DNA from: an uncultured Acidobacteriota bacterium | Lineage (GTDB): Bacteria; Acidobacteriota; Terriglobia; Terriglobales; Acidobacteriaceae | DNA length: 64,000 nt | Reading direction: 5' to 3' | Assembly: GCA_963729415.1 (NCBI GenBank) | Contig: CAVSOD010000013.1 | Location: forward strand, 14,784 to 78,783 | Shown here: positions 44,401 to 53,401 of the stretch, one piece after another | How the letters are laid out: every line of letters starts with the position of its first letter | Numbering within the stretch: position 1 is the first letter of the stretch | The notes under the pieces: generated by a model | Told to the model about the DNA's origin: nothing | Database searches by the model: none | What the model saw: only the letters and a program-made list of their open reading frames with translations | Position numbers and translations under genes: made by a program

Positions 44401-45015
44401 TTCGAGGGCGTCGTACACCAGGCCTGAATGGCCGGCGGCGATACCCCCGAAGGAGTTCTGCACCTCGGCTGGATCATCTACCGCTGTCAGTACAAAACGG
44501 TTTTCGCCGCGACGGAGCCATTCCGCCGGGACGGCGATCCGCTTCTCATCCGTGGACGTTTGCGGGACGAAGGTACCTTCCCAGTCGCCCGCATCGAAAT
44601 TCAACTTTGGATGGAAGTAGAAGAGCCCTGCCCTCCCGTTGACCTCAAGCTTAAGCGACGACAGGCGGGGGGTCTCATACAACATGGCAATCCGCAAGTA
44701 ATAAACTCCCCGCGGAGCCTCCGGCAGATAGAACTCAATCGTAAAGGGATGGTAACGGCCGCCCGTCATCCCATTCGCTGGGCCAGGCTGGAACCGGTAC
44801 CAATCCTTATCCTTGCTCTTGCCAATCACGAAGACCGGATCGCTTTTAGGATCGGCGTAGGCAATGTCGCGATCGCGAAACTCTCCCGAGGAGTGATTGA
44901 AGGTTCCAATTTTCCAGACGCTGCGCTCGGCCGCTATCGAGGCAGCGGGCGTTAGCAAGACCGCCATCACGAGCGCTGCAAGGAGACAGCTTTTGTGGAT
45001 CACGGTGGTCACCAT
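41488..45015 (-). CDS. secreted ~1175-aa glycoside-hydrolase-family-38-like protein with an N-terminal ~300-aa beta-sandwich (CBM/lyase-accessory-like) module
   Basis: Start at MVTTVIHKSCLLAALVMAVLLTPAASIAA. IIPHEHLDIGFTDY (HxHxD) and ...GSIVIPPEFANQHTGNASWEGLARSL... resemble the GH38 N-domain. The ATG overlaps the upstream stop by 7 nt. Confidence 0.5.
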   Translation of the reverse strand: MVTTVIHKSCLLAALVMAVLLTPAASIAAERSVWKIGTFNHSSGEFRDRDIAYADPKSDPVFVIGKSKDKDWYRFQPGPANGMTGGRYHPFTIEFYLPEAPRGVYYLRIAMLYETPRLSSLKLEVNGRAGLFYFHPKLNFDAGDWEGTFVPQTSTDEKRIAVPAEWLRRGENRFVLTAVDDPAEVQNSFGGIAAGHSGLVYDALELTQDAEARYDEQAFTVRVEPTIFYRALPGGLAEIVDVFVQGGSLEKAGSVELQIGTNSSKKEFFTGTSFGEIRLSFDVPEWNGPLPAAVSVGRFAATSKAEPAKKWTIAIIPHEHLDIGFTDYAAKVAELHSQSIDGAMNLIRTAPDFRWTLDGSWVASEYLRGRTVDSRDRFLKHVREGSIVIPPEFANQHTGNASWEGLARSLYNESRLKREFKLPTTDAAQIVDVPSYTWAYASILHDAGIKYLIAASNSWRAPVMLLGRWNEKSPFYWEGPNGGRVLMWYSRAYLQLQTLFGTPWRIEAIRDALPVFLQAYSRPDYTANTAIIFGTQLENTPLAPEQSEIVAAVSREYAWPRFEFATVHSALAQIEHEWKGKIPVYRGDFGPYWEDGYGSDAMYTAMHRENQHRIATGEVIGSAVSSLDPLVTPDRSKLQDAWRNELLYDEHTWTYVGATTQPEHHQSVEQIALKESRARRAKNDIDESIQRSWAQLEALVKPKEASVVVWNSLGWPRSGIVETDLPEGSSLFDPSTGKPVAMEVLWKGKGISLPGFGPGNIRVRFLANDVPAIGYKLFTVKPTAARSDEIVKVTNNILENQFYRVRLAPATGAIASIFDKELGRELVDPESPYKFGTYLYVSGGDDYPNNSLYRFGSGLRPPDLVVHAAESGTLVSAKQTPLGLVALVRAQAVNTPVVDMEILLPNTEKQILLTYHVKKARALTRESAYIAFPFAVSDPQFAYGSQSAWVNPAKDELPGGSREWYLPATWSAAYNHEVTAAVVPIDAPLVNFGDIVRGTWPADFSPRSSTIFSWLINNYWGTNFPAWQGGDFTFRYAISSASRFDPASLNRFGWNALTPLEKDDVAASTDKNVLPNNQASLLSVSNPKGNLLTWKVAEDGDGTILRLQEAAGEVTQFTISSKYLKLEQAWLCNLLEENQSPLQSTPEGVSVSLQPFQVITVRLHTSPHLAKEDRQ

Positions 45016-46202
45016 TTGGGCTGCGTAACGATGGAACCTGCGCGCCGGGGATCGTCCGTCCACGCCCCCATTTCCTGTTGTTTCGACAATTCGTGGTAAC
45101 GGGCAAGCTTGTCGCGGTCGAGCGTAACTCCCAGCCCTGGCCCCGTCGGAACCTTCATCGCTCCATCCTTAAACTGCATCTTGCCGCCTTCCAGGATGTC
45201 ATCGGTCAGGTGGTGGTAATGCGAATCAGCGGCCAGGGTGAGATTAGGAAGACAGGCAGCCAAATGCAACATGGCAGCTTGCGAGATTCCGAACTCCGCG
45301 CCGCTATGCATGCCCGCATCCACGCCAAGTGCGTCGCAGATTTGCCCTGCAACCTTTGCCCGCTGAATCCCGCCGTACCAATGAGGATCGAGCAGTACGA
45401 CATCGAGCACATCGGCCATGATGTTTGGGGCAAGATCTTCATACGCGAATACCGACATATTCGAAGCCAGCGTTACCCACGGGACCTTCGCATTAACGCG
45501 TTGCATCGCGCGCATCCCCCACACCGGGTCTTCCAGATATTCCATGTTGTAGTCGTGGAGTCGCCGGGCGACATCAACCGCCGTGGTTATGGTCCAGACC
45601 GCGTTCGGATCGAGCCGGATTCGATGTTTCGGGAAGGCCTCGCGCAGGGCAATGAAGGTGGCGATCTCTTCTTCGGGAGGCAGCACGCCATTTTTGTATT
45701 TGAGGGTCTTGAATCCATACTTTGAAACCAGGTTTTTGGCAAAAGCCACCATTTGTTCGGGGCTGGAAATCTCGCCGGTACCAGCCTCATTGGGATATCG
45801 ATAGAAGAGATAACCGGCAAACGCAACTTCATCTCGAATGCGTCCACCGAGCAGATCGCACACGGGCCGATTCAACGCTTTTCCCTGAATATCGAGCAAG
45901 GCGAACTCGATGCCGGCAAATCCAAGCACGAATCCGAAGAGTTTCACCGAACTGGGCGCGGCCACCTTCCAGCGAATGCGCTCGAGGTTCATGGGATCTT
46001 CCCCAATGAGTTGCGGTCGCAAGTCGGCCAGTTGGCCGGCACGACTCGCGCCGGTGTAACACTCCCCCAAGCCGGTGATTCCTTCATCGGTGTCGATCTC
46101 GATGATGATGCGCGAGAAGCCTGGATGGGAACCGATCGAATACCGCAACGGCGCTTCAATCGGGATGAAAGCACGAGTCCAACGGACATCAGTAATCTTC
46201 AT
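45009..46202 (-). CDS. enolase-superfamily dehydratase, glucarate-dehydratase-like subgroup
   Basis: MKITDVRWTRAFIPIE.... ...KYKNGVLPPEEEI...RIRLDPNAVW...YLEDPV...LLDPHWYGG...MHSGAEFGIS...ADSHYHHL... is collinear with the GlucD pattern as I recall it. Confidence 0.7.
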   Translation of the reverse strand: MKITDVRWTRAFIPIEAPLRYSIGSHPGFSRIIIEIDTDEGITGLGECYTGASRAGQLADLRPQLIGEDPMNLERIRWKVAAPSSVKLFGFVLGFAGIEFALLDIQGKALNRPVCDLLGGRIRDEVAFAGYLFYRYPNEAGTGEISSPEQMVAFAKNLVSKYGFKTLKYKNGVLPPEEEIATFIALREAFPKHRIRLDPNAVWTITTAVDVARRLHDYNMEYLEDPVWGMRAMQRVNAKVPWVTLASNMSVFAYEDLAPNIMADVLDVVLLDPHWYGGIQRAKVAGQICDALGVDAGMHSGAEFGISQAAMLHLAACLPNLTLAADSHYHHLTDDILEGGKMQFKDGAMKVPTGPGLGVTLDRDKLARYHELSKQQEMGAWTDDPRRAGSIVTQPKW

Positions 46203-46218
46203 GAAGCGCTCCGCAGAG

Positions 46219-47061
46219 CTAACGTTGATTAAACAAAGGTTGTCCCGCAACGCCTGCTCGGACGCGACAAATGTGCCAACGGCTCAGATTGGCGAAGTAC
46301 ATCTCATCGAACTGTGCACCGCCAAAGGCGACGTTGGTGGGACTGGCCAGCATTGTTCCTTCGCGGTCAGCCGCGAACAGCGTTACCTTTCCATCCAGCG
46401 CCACACGATACACGTTATGCGAAGCGTAGCAGGTGACATAGAGATTGCCGGCGGCATCAAGCGCAGCTCCGTCCGGGACATCATGCAGCCCGGATGCATA
46501 CACACGGGGTTTCCCGGTCATGTTCCCCGAGTTCACCGGAACAGCCAAGACGTTATCCTTAGTGCTTTGGACCACAAATAGAACTTTGTCGTCGGCGCTC
46601 AACGAAAGGCCATTCGGGAAAGCCAGTCCCGACAGCAATTGCTCGATCCTGCCATTGGGGCGAAGCACAAAAAGAAAGCCGTCATTCGCGTGAAACTCGC
46701 CGGAATCGCTGAAATAGAGGTTACCCTCGCAATCAAAGACGGCGAAATTCGGAGTCCGGAGCCGGTAACGGCCGACTCTTTCCCAGGAGTGCAAGACCTT
46801 GCCGGAGCGGTCAAGACGAATCAGCGCGCCGAGCTTGAAGTTGCAGACGTAGAGTTCTTGGCGGTCCGAGAACGTAAGCCCAAGATTGAAGCCGCCAAGG
46901 GTTGTGACGATTTTGACTCTGCGCTTCGAGTCGATGCGGTAGATCTGACCAAGTTCTCCGCCTGCCCAGAGGTTGCCGTCGCGATCAAATGCAAGACCCT
47001 CAGGATGATCAAGCCCCTCGGCGAAGACCTCAAAGCGATCGAGAGCGAGGGTCGGCTTCAT
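46219..47061 (-). CDS. SMP-30/gluconolactonase/LRE-family lactonase
   Basis: ...EGLDHPEGLAFDRDGNLW... and repeated six-blade propeller motifs (FPNGLSLS, PDGAALDAAGNLYV). Confidence 0.75.
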   Translation of the reverse strand: MKPTLALDRFEVFAEGLDHPEGLAFDRDGNLWAGGELGQIYRIDSKRRVKIVTTLGGFNLGLTFSDRQELYVCNFKLGALIRLDRSGKVLHSWERVGRYRLRTPNFAVFDCEGNLYFSDSGEFHANDGFLFVLRPNGRIEQLLSGLAFPNGLSLSADDKVLFVVQSTKDNVLAVPVNSGNMTGKPRVYASGLHDVPDGAALDAAGNLYVTCYASHNVYRVALDGKVTLFAADREGTMLASPTNVAFGGAQFDEMYFANLSRWHICRVRAGVAGQPLFNQR

Positions 47062-47172
47062 GATCGAATTATGGCCAAAAGTATATCTTGTGTACTTGTT
47101 TTATGGGGAAAAAGACATATATAGTTTCTCTTCGGTGAAAGCCAAGCAGGCAACCGGTCGGGAGCGACCTCG

Positions 47173-48336
47173 ATGCATCTTGCTCTTTCGCCACGGACTG
47201 CATCATTCTCTGCGAAGGTGTCTATCGTGCGCATCCTGTCTGCGGTTGTTTTCATGTTCTTCTTCTTCATGCCACTCGCTGTCGCCGAGTCTCAGCACTT
47301 CGATTGCAGCCCGTCGTTCCCCCCTCAGGCGCCGTGGCAGGGTGCGGATGCGGCCTATTCCATCCCATTACAGGATGGCCGGGTGGTGTGGATTTTCGGC
47401 GACACACTCTACGGCGACAAACGCCAAGTCACCGGCAACGACCCACGAATGGTACACAACACGATCGGGATTTCGACGTGCAAGGACGGAAATTGGAAGA
47501 TCGAATACTCGATCAAGCGCGGGGTGAAGGGCGAGTTTGATAGTTTCTTTAAACCGCAGCGGAACGACGGGACGTATTACTGGGCGCTCGATGGGGTGGA
47601 GTACAACCACGAGCTGTGGATCACGCTCGTCTGTGTGCGCAATAAACCGAATTCCGATGCCTTCGCGCTTGGATTTGAGGTTTGTGGAACCGACCTGGCG
47701 CATGTGACCGGGCTCAAGGAGGATCCCCAGAACTGGAAGGTTTCATACTTCCCTCTTGTGGAGGAAAGTGTGCACGCGAATCCGTCGGCTTCCGCACTGA
47801 TCGAGGACGACTACCTTTACATCTTCACCTTGTATGAGCAAGGAAATCGGCCACAAATTCTCACGCGCATTCCGCTCAAGGGGCTCGGCGATCCGAAGAA
47901 AAACCTCCGGTACCTGGGTAGCGACGACCAGTGGCACGAAGGCATCGAGCCGGCGAAGGCGAAAGTCATCATGAATAAGGGAGCGTCCGAGATGTCGGTG
48001 CACTATCACCCGGAACTGAAGAAGTGGCTTGCGGTGCTCGTTGATCCGCAGATCTTTTCTGACAAGGTGCTCTTGCGTACGGCGCCGAGCATGACCGGTC
48101 CATGGACGGAGGGCGATGTTATCTACAAGATTCCGATCCTACAGAAGAGCGATCCGAACTACGACCCCGACACCTTCTGCTATGCGGGAAAGGAGCATCC
48201 CGAGTTCGAGAAGCCTGGCGAGCTCCTGTTTACGTACGTGTGCAATTCGATGAAGCCGAAGAAACTCGAGGTCGAGACCAATGTCTACTTCCCGCAAGTA
48301 GTCCGCATGCCGATGCCGGAGGCGGCGAAGAAATAG
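47173..48336 (+). CDS. secreted beta-propeller glycoside-hydrolase-like protein (DUF4185-type guess)
   Basis: Signal peptide. ...SIPLQDGRVVWIFGDTLYG... motif. The family call is tentative. Confidence 0.35.
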   Translation: MHLALSPRTASFSAKVSIVRILSAVVFMFFFFMPLAVAESQHFDCSPSFPPQAPWQGADAAYSIPLQDGRVVWIFGDTLYGDKRQVTGNDPRMVHNTIGISTCKDGNWKIEYSIKRGVKGEFDSFFKPQRNDGTYYWALDGVEYNHELWITLVCVRNKPNSDAFALGFEVCGTDLAHVTGLKEDPQNWKVSYFPLVEESVHANPSASALIEDDYLYIFTLYEQGNRPQILTRIPLKGLGDPKKNLRYLGSDDQWHEGIEPAKAKVIMNKGASEMSVHYHPELKKWLAVLVDPQIFSDKVLLRTAPSMTGPWTEGDVIYKIPILQKSDPNYDPDTFCYAGKEHPEFEKPGELLFTYVCNSMKPKKLEVETNVYFPQVVRMPMPEAAKK

Positions 48337-48337
48337 A

Positions 48338-49162
48338 TTATCGTTCGAGAACGTCCTTGCAGAATGCGAGCGTACTGCGCACGTGTTCCGTCCAGTAAGG
48401 CCAGTCGTGATTGCCGGGGAACTCTTCGTACTTGTGAGAAACATCGAGTTTCGTGAGCTCCTGGTGCAGTCGCCGGTTGTCTTCAATCAGCGGATCTTCG
48501 GTTCCGCAATCGAAACGAAGTGGCGGCAGATGGCTGCGATTAGTCTCAGCCCAATGCAGCAGGCTGATGTCTCGCTCTCCTGCAAATAGAAATGTCTCGG
48601 GCGGGTAGGGGATGAACCGTGAAAGTTGGGCAAGGTCGGTGACCGAGGAATGTGCGGAGATGCCCAGAGTACGCGACGCATACTTCATCCCCAGGCGCAT
48701 TGCTCCAAACCCTCCCATCGAGAGTCCCGCGAGAAAAAATCTGTTGGTCGAGAGTTGCGGAAACAGGTCGCCGAGGCAAGCCGGGATGTCTTCGACAATC
48801 CACTTCTCGTAATTGCCATGGATGTAGGGTACGTAGCCGGTTCCGTCTCCCCACAAACCATCCGACGGCATGGCGATCATGATCGGGGGCATGTCGCCCG
48901 AACGAAGCATTTTCGTCGCGGTTCTGTCGATGCTGCCGTTCAGCCACCAATTCCATTGGCATCCATAGACACCGTGCAGCAAGAGCAACAAAGGTAGATG
49001 TCGCAGTTTTTCAGCGCATGGGGGGAGGTAAATAAGGACGTCGGCCCTCTGAGGGAGGGCATCCCCGCGGAAGTTGAGAAAGCGGAGGTTCTCATTTCCC
49101 GGTATCGGAGCGGAGAGCTGTGCGTTAGGAAATCTTGGCATTGCCATGTGATGTGCTGGCAC
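48338..49162 (-). CDS. esterase (esterase-D / putative-esterase family)
   Basis: ...LLLLHGVYGCQWNWW... and GLSMGG nucleophile elbow. Confidence 0.7.
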   Translation of the reverse strand: MPAHHMAMPRFPNAQLSAPIPGNENLRFLNFRGDALPQRADVLIYLPPCAEKLRHLPLLLLLHGVYGCQWNWWLNGSIDRTATKMLRSGDMPPIMIAMPSDGLWGDGTGYVPYIHGNYEKWIVEDIPACLGDLFPQLSTNRFFLAGLSMGGFGAMRLGMKYASRTLGISAHSSVTDLAQLSRFIPYPPETFLFAGERDISLLHWAETNRSHLPPLRFDCGTEDPLIEDNRRLHQELTKLDVSHKYEEFPGNHDWPYWTEHVRSTLAFCKDVLER

Positions 49163-49212
49163 GTCTTCGTGTCAGAATGACCGTGGAGCGAACCACCTGC
49201 CTCTGGCACTGC

Positions 49213-51723
49213 TCAGTGGGTCAGGACGACCTTCATGCCCACTGCCTCATCAGGGAACTTGACCCACGCTGTTTTCGAGTCAACATCGTACATCCAGCCC
49301 TTCTCAGATTCCTGCCACGCCTTGACCGAGCCTTGCCGAGGAACTTCTGTGCAGCCTACAGTCACCGTGCGTGGCTCGCTAGCCTGGAGATGCACTTTCA
49401 CAACGATGGACCGCTTTGCCGGATGGTAAGTCCCCTCTCGAGACGATATTTCGACGCCGATCCGGTCCGCAGCACTCTCGACGCTGACTGTTTGCTGCAA
49501 ATAGACGCCCTTCTCGTAGGCAAAGCTGATACCGTCGTCATCGTAATATTCGCGGGTGGAGGATCCTTCCGGATAGACGTCAAAGGTGAGCGGATCGATC
49601 GGGTACTGGTCGGTGTACTGCATGGCTTGCTGGCTAGGAATGACTGCTCCGGCCCGCACGAACAACGGTATTCGCTCCAGCGGAGCATTCACGTTAACCG
49701 TGAGCGGGCCAACGTAGCGGCGATCCGTCCAGTAGTCGTACCAGGTTCCTTGCGGGAAATAGACAGAGCGGTTCTCGTCGTAGTCCTTCCCGATGGGCGC
49801 GACGAGCAGGTCATCTCCGAATAGGTATTCATCGTTGGTGCCAATGGCCGTCCAGTCGTCCGGGTATTCCAGCAGCAGCGGCCGCATGATGGGCTGGCCC
49901 GTCTGTGATGCTTGCCAGAACGCCGTATAGATGTAGGGCAGCAAACGGTAGCGCAGCCTGATCGATTCGCGGTTGATGCCTTCCATCCGGTTCCCGAAGC
50001 CCCATGGCTCGAGGTTGCCGGGACCGAGAGAATGTGTCCAAGAAAAAGGAGTGAGAAGCCCAGTCTGCATCCAGCGGGTATAGAGTTCGGGACTCGGTAC
50101 CGGAACGATTCCGCCGATATCCGCCCCCACGAATTGCAGGCCTGACAGTCCCATGCCATTCAGCATGGGCATACTCAAGCGGAGATGGTCCCAGGTGCCG
50201 TAGTTGTCACCGCTCCACTGGGCTGCGTAGCGTTGTCCTCCCGCAAAAGTCGCGCGCGTAATGATGAAGGGACGCTCGTTCGGCCGCACTCGCAACATGC
50301 CTTCGCGGGTCGCGAGCGTCTCGAGCATGCCGTATACATTGTGGATTTCGGCATGCGCCCGTGGACCCATCTCGGTGTGATGTACGGCATCCAGATCAAA
50401 CGTTCTCGCCGGTCCCTGATTCGCCATCACGACCGGTTCATTCATGTCAGTCAGATAGGCTGCGACTCCTTGGTCTAATTGTTCCTCGAACAGCCCGGCC
50501 CACCAGTCTCGGACCTTGGGTGAAGCGAAGTCGGGGTAGGCGTTAAGAGCAGCCCATCCCTTGCCGGTGATGATCGTGCCGTCCGCTTTCTGTACGAAAT
50601 AGCCTTTGTCGAGTCCCTGCTTGTAGACCCAGAAGTTCGGGTCGACCTTCACCATAGGATCCACAATAGCGATGGTGTGAAATCCCTGCTGGCGAAGATC
50701 GCTCATCATGCGCTTGGGATCGGGGAAGCGAGTCTTGTCCCAGGTGAAGATGCGATAGCCATCCATGTAGTCGATGTCGAGAAAGATGCCGTCGCAGGGA
50801 ATCTGGCGAACTCGAAAGTTTTCAGCGATGAAGCGAACCCGGCTCTCAGGGTAATAGCTGTAGCGGCTTTGGATGTAACCCAGCGCCCAGCGCGGTGGCA
50901 ACGCGATGCGACCGACTAGTTCTGTGAAGCGGCTGACCACCTGCCTGGGATCGGGTCCGCCGAAAAAGTAGTAGTTGAGCTCTCCGCCTTCCGCGCCGAA
51001 CGAGTAGACATCACGGAATTCCGATCCCATGTCAAACGAAGATCGCCAGGTGTTATCCAGGAAAATTCCATACGCGCGACCTTGGCGGAGCGCGATGAAG
51101 AACGGAACCGATTCATAGAGTGGCTCTGACGAAGCATCGAAACCCTCGGGATCGCGGTTCCACATAACGAGCGAGCGGCCGCGCTTATCGAGCGGGGTGC
51201 TCTTCTCGCCGAAGCCAAAATAGTGTTCGTCCGCAGGCTCCCATTTCCATACCCGCACTCGATCGCCGTTCCACGCGATGCCTTGAGTGTCAGAGTCTTT
51301 CGAGAGCAGTGCGCCCTTCGCGTCGTAAAACGCGACGCGCAAGGGGCTCAACTGGACGCGCGCCTCCAGTTGCTCCGTCCGAATTCTTTGATACTTGCCA
51401 TCGTTCGAGAAATCGACTTTGACGGGTGGCCAATCGGTTTTTACGACGGCATAGGAATGGTCGGGCGGAAGCGAGGTAGCGTGGACGGTTCGAACGCGAA
51501 TCAAATCCGGCGCGAGAACCTGAATGACGACCGTAGCCCGCACGCCTCGAAAGGTAAATTCATTGCTTTTTCGTTCCGCTGGCTTCAGGTTGCCAATCGA
51601 TTCCCACTCCGCCGTTGCCACGCCGGAGAGGAGCAGGATGACCACCAAAAGGGGAAGACAACGATGAGTTCGAAGAAACCGCCGATCGGTCGAGTTCCGC
51701 ATAAATCGAGTTGAGCTGCCCAA
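49213..51723 (-). CDS. glycoside hydrolase family 31 (alpha-glucosidase/alpha-xylosidase type), secreted
   Basis: ...PCDGIFLDIDYMDGYRIFTWD..., ...YLTDMNEP..., ...WSGDN... are GH31 signatures. 836 aa. Confidence 0.8.
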   Translation of the reverse strand: MGSSTRFMRNSTDRRFLRTHRCLPLLVVILLLSGVATAEWESIGNLKPAERKSNEFTFRGVRATVVIQVLAPDLIRVRTVHATSLPPDHSYAVVKTDWPPVKVDFSNDGKYQRIRTEQLEARVQLSPLRVAFYDAKGALLSKDSDTQGIAWNGDRVRVWKWEPADEHYFGFGEKSTPLDKRGRSLVMWNRDPEGFDASSEPLYESVPFFIALRQGRAYGIFLDNTWRSSFDMGSEFRDVYSFGAEGGELNYYFFGGPDPRQVVSRFTELVGRIALPPRWALGYIQSRYSYYPESRVRFIAENFRVRQIPCDGIFLDIDYMDGYRIFTWDKTRFPDPKRMMSDLRQQGFHTIAIVDPMVKVDPNFWVYKQGLDKGYFVQKADGTIITGKGWAALNAYPDFASPKVRDWWAGLFEEQLDQGVAAYLTDMNEPVVMANQGPARTFDLDAVHHTEMGPRAHAEIHNVYGMLETLATREGMLRVRPNERPFIITRATFAGGQRYAAQWSGDNYGTWDHLRLSMPMLNGMGLSGLQFVGADIGGIVPVPSPELYTRWMQTGLLTPFSWTHSLGPGNLEPWGFGNRMEGINRESIRLRYRLLPYIYTAFWQASQTGQPIMRPLLLEYPDDWTAIGTNDEYLFGDDLLVAPIGKDYDENRSVYFPQGTWYDYWTDRRYVGPLTVNVNAPLERIPLFVRAGAVIPSQQAMQYTDQYPIDPLTFDVYPEGSSTREYYDDDGISFAYEKGVYLQQTVSVESAADRIGVEISSREGTYHPAKRSIVVKVHLQASEPRTVTVGCTEVPRQGSVKAWQESEKGWMYDVDSKTAWVKFPDEAVGMKVVLTH

Positions 51724-51746
51724 GGCAAATTACCGCGAGGACCGCT

Positions 51747-52763
51747 TTACACTTCGCCCGAAAGCAAAGGCACAGCTCCGAACAATCCGGCATTGTTTCC
51801 AAGTTCAGCAGCAACAATCCGGACCTTGCCCCACGGTGTCCAGGCGTGCTCTTGGACAAACCGCTGCACGTAGGGAAGAATGACGTCGGCGCTGCGCATG
51901 ACACCGCCACCGATGACGATCATTTCGGGATCGTAGGCGTGAATGAGGCCCACCGACGCATTTGCCCAAACCTGCAGACAGTAGTCTCGAATTTGCGTTG
52001 CTACCCTGTCCCCTTTTTGGGCGAGATCGAAAAGAATCTTGAAATCGACTCGTTCCTGGCGCGAGAGTGCGCTGTTGTTGAACCCGTTCCATTCCTTTGC
52101 CATGATGGGCAAGGCCCAGCCGGACGCTTCCGCCTCCATGCAGCCGATGGCGCCGCAGGTGCACGGACGCCCACCGACCTTTGCGGGCAGATGGCCACCG
52201 AGGCAGCCGGCCTGCGCGTGCTTGCCACGCAGCAGCTTGCCTTCGATCATGGCTGCTCCCCCGATGCCGGTGCCCAGGGTGATCATCACCAGGTTGTCGC
52301 ACCCGCGAGCGGCACCGACGTGTCGCTCTCCCAGCAGCGCCATTCGTGCATCATTCTCGATGGCAAAGGGCAGTCCGAATTCTTTTCTGCTCCAAGACTG
52401 GAAGTCGATCTCGGGAGCATCGTCATACTTCTTGTTGGTGGAGATAACCCGTCCGATGCGTGCGTCCGCCAGTCCGCAAAAGCCGAGCGCCACTCCTAGA
52501 CACTGCTGAGGATCCATCCGCAGTTCTTTCACGAGATCTCGCATCACGGTCGCGAACTGATCGAGGGCAGGGCGCAACTCTTGCGATGGGTCCATCGGAA
52601 TTTCGCGGCTGCCGAGAATGGCTGCACCCTGCACAACCGCTAACGTCGCGTGGGTGCCTCCTAAATCGATCGAAAATGCGGTTTTGTGCACAGGGTCCGC
52701 CGGACGCTCAAAAGACCTCGTATCGCCAGAATACGACAAGATCAAATTATTTAACCATGCCAA
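51747..52763 (-). CDS. ROK-family sugar kinase
   Basis: DLGGTH ATP-binding N-terminus and CTCGAIGCMEAEASG zinc motif. Confidence 0.8.
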   Translation of the reverse strand: MAWLNNLILSYSGDTRSFERPADPVHKTAFSIDLGGTHATLAVVQGAAILGSREIPMDPSQELRPALDQFATVMRDLVKELRMDPQQCLGVALGFCGLADARIGRVISTNKKYDDAPEIDFQSWSRKEFGLPFAIENDARMALLGERHVGAARGCDNLVMITLGTGIGGAAMIEGKLLRGKHAQAGCLGGHLPAKVGGRPCTCGAIGCMEAEASGWALPIMAKEWNGFNNSALSRQERVDFKILFDLAQKGDRVATQIRDYCLQVWANASVGLIHAYDPEMIVIGGGVMRSADVILPYVQRFVQEHAWTPWGKVRIVAAELGNNAGLFGAVPLLSGEV

Positions 52764-52823
52764 ACGAACATATGAATGATCTTTTTATTTGATTTCGGAA
52801 CCATCGTCGACTAGCCTATTCGG

Positions 52824-53393
52824 GTGAATCCCGTCTTGGCAGACATCGACTGGAGCACCGGAACTTTGCGAGTGCCGGGCTTGCGCTCGTTGGAAAAGAA
52901 GCTTGGACAGCTGAAGGCAGTATTTCACGACAAGGAAGCCTGGCAAAAAATGGATCCCGAGACCATCGTCTACCAGGTCTGGTCGTGGGAGCCTGTGCCT
53001 GCCGGAACCGAAGGGGGATTGTTCTGGGGCTGCACCGAGATTCAGCCTGGGTGTGTCGGAAATGAATATTTCATGACCCACGGCCACCGCCATGCCATCG
53101 TGAATCGAGCGGAATTTTACGGCACGACGGTTGGTCAAGGAAAGCTTGTGCTCCGCGACGAGTCGGGGAGGGTCTGGGCAGAAGAGATGAAGCCCGGGAG
53201 CTTGCACTACATACCCGGCCGGATCGCACATCGCGTGGTGAACACCGGAGGCGTACCCCTGCGCTTCGTGGCCTGCTGGCCGAGCGACGCCGGCCACGAC
53301 TATGAAATTGCGGGGGGAAAAGGCCTGGGTGCAAGAGTGCTCCAGCGCAACGGAGAGCCGGTTTTCGAGATAATCCCGGACGCAGTTGCTTGA
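52824..53393 (+). CDS. cupin-type glucose-6-phosphate isomerase (archaeal cPGI family), 189 aa
   Basis: Collinear with Pyrococcus cPGI as I recall it: THGHRHAIVNRAEFY vs TKGHFHAKLDRAEVY, and YIPGRIAHRVVNTGGVPLRFVACWPSDAGHDYE vs YVPPYWAHRTVNIGDEPFIFLAIYPADAGHDYG. Confidence 0.8.
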   Translation: MNPVLADIDWSTGTLRVPGLRSLEKKLGQLKAVFHDKEAWQKMDPETIVYQVWSWEPVPAGTEGGLFWGCTEIQPGCVGNEYFMTHGHRHAIVNRAEFYGTTVGQGKLVLRDESGRVWAEEMKPGSLHYIPGRIAHRVVNTGGVPLRFVACWPSDAGHDYEIAGGKGLGARVLQRNGEPVFEIIPDAVA

Positions 53394-53401
53394 TCCAGTG
53401 C

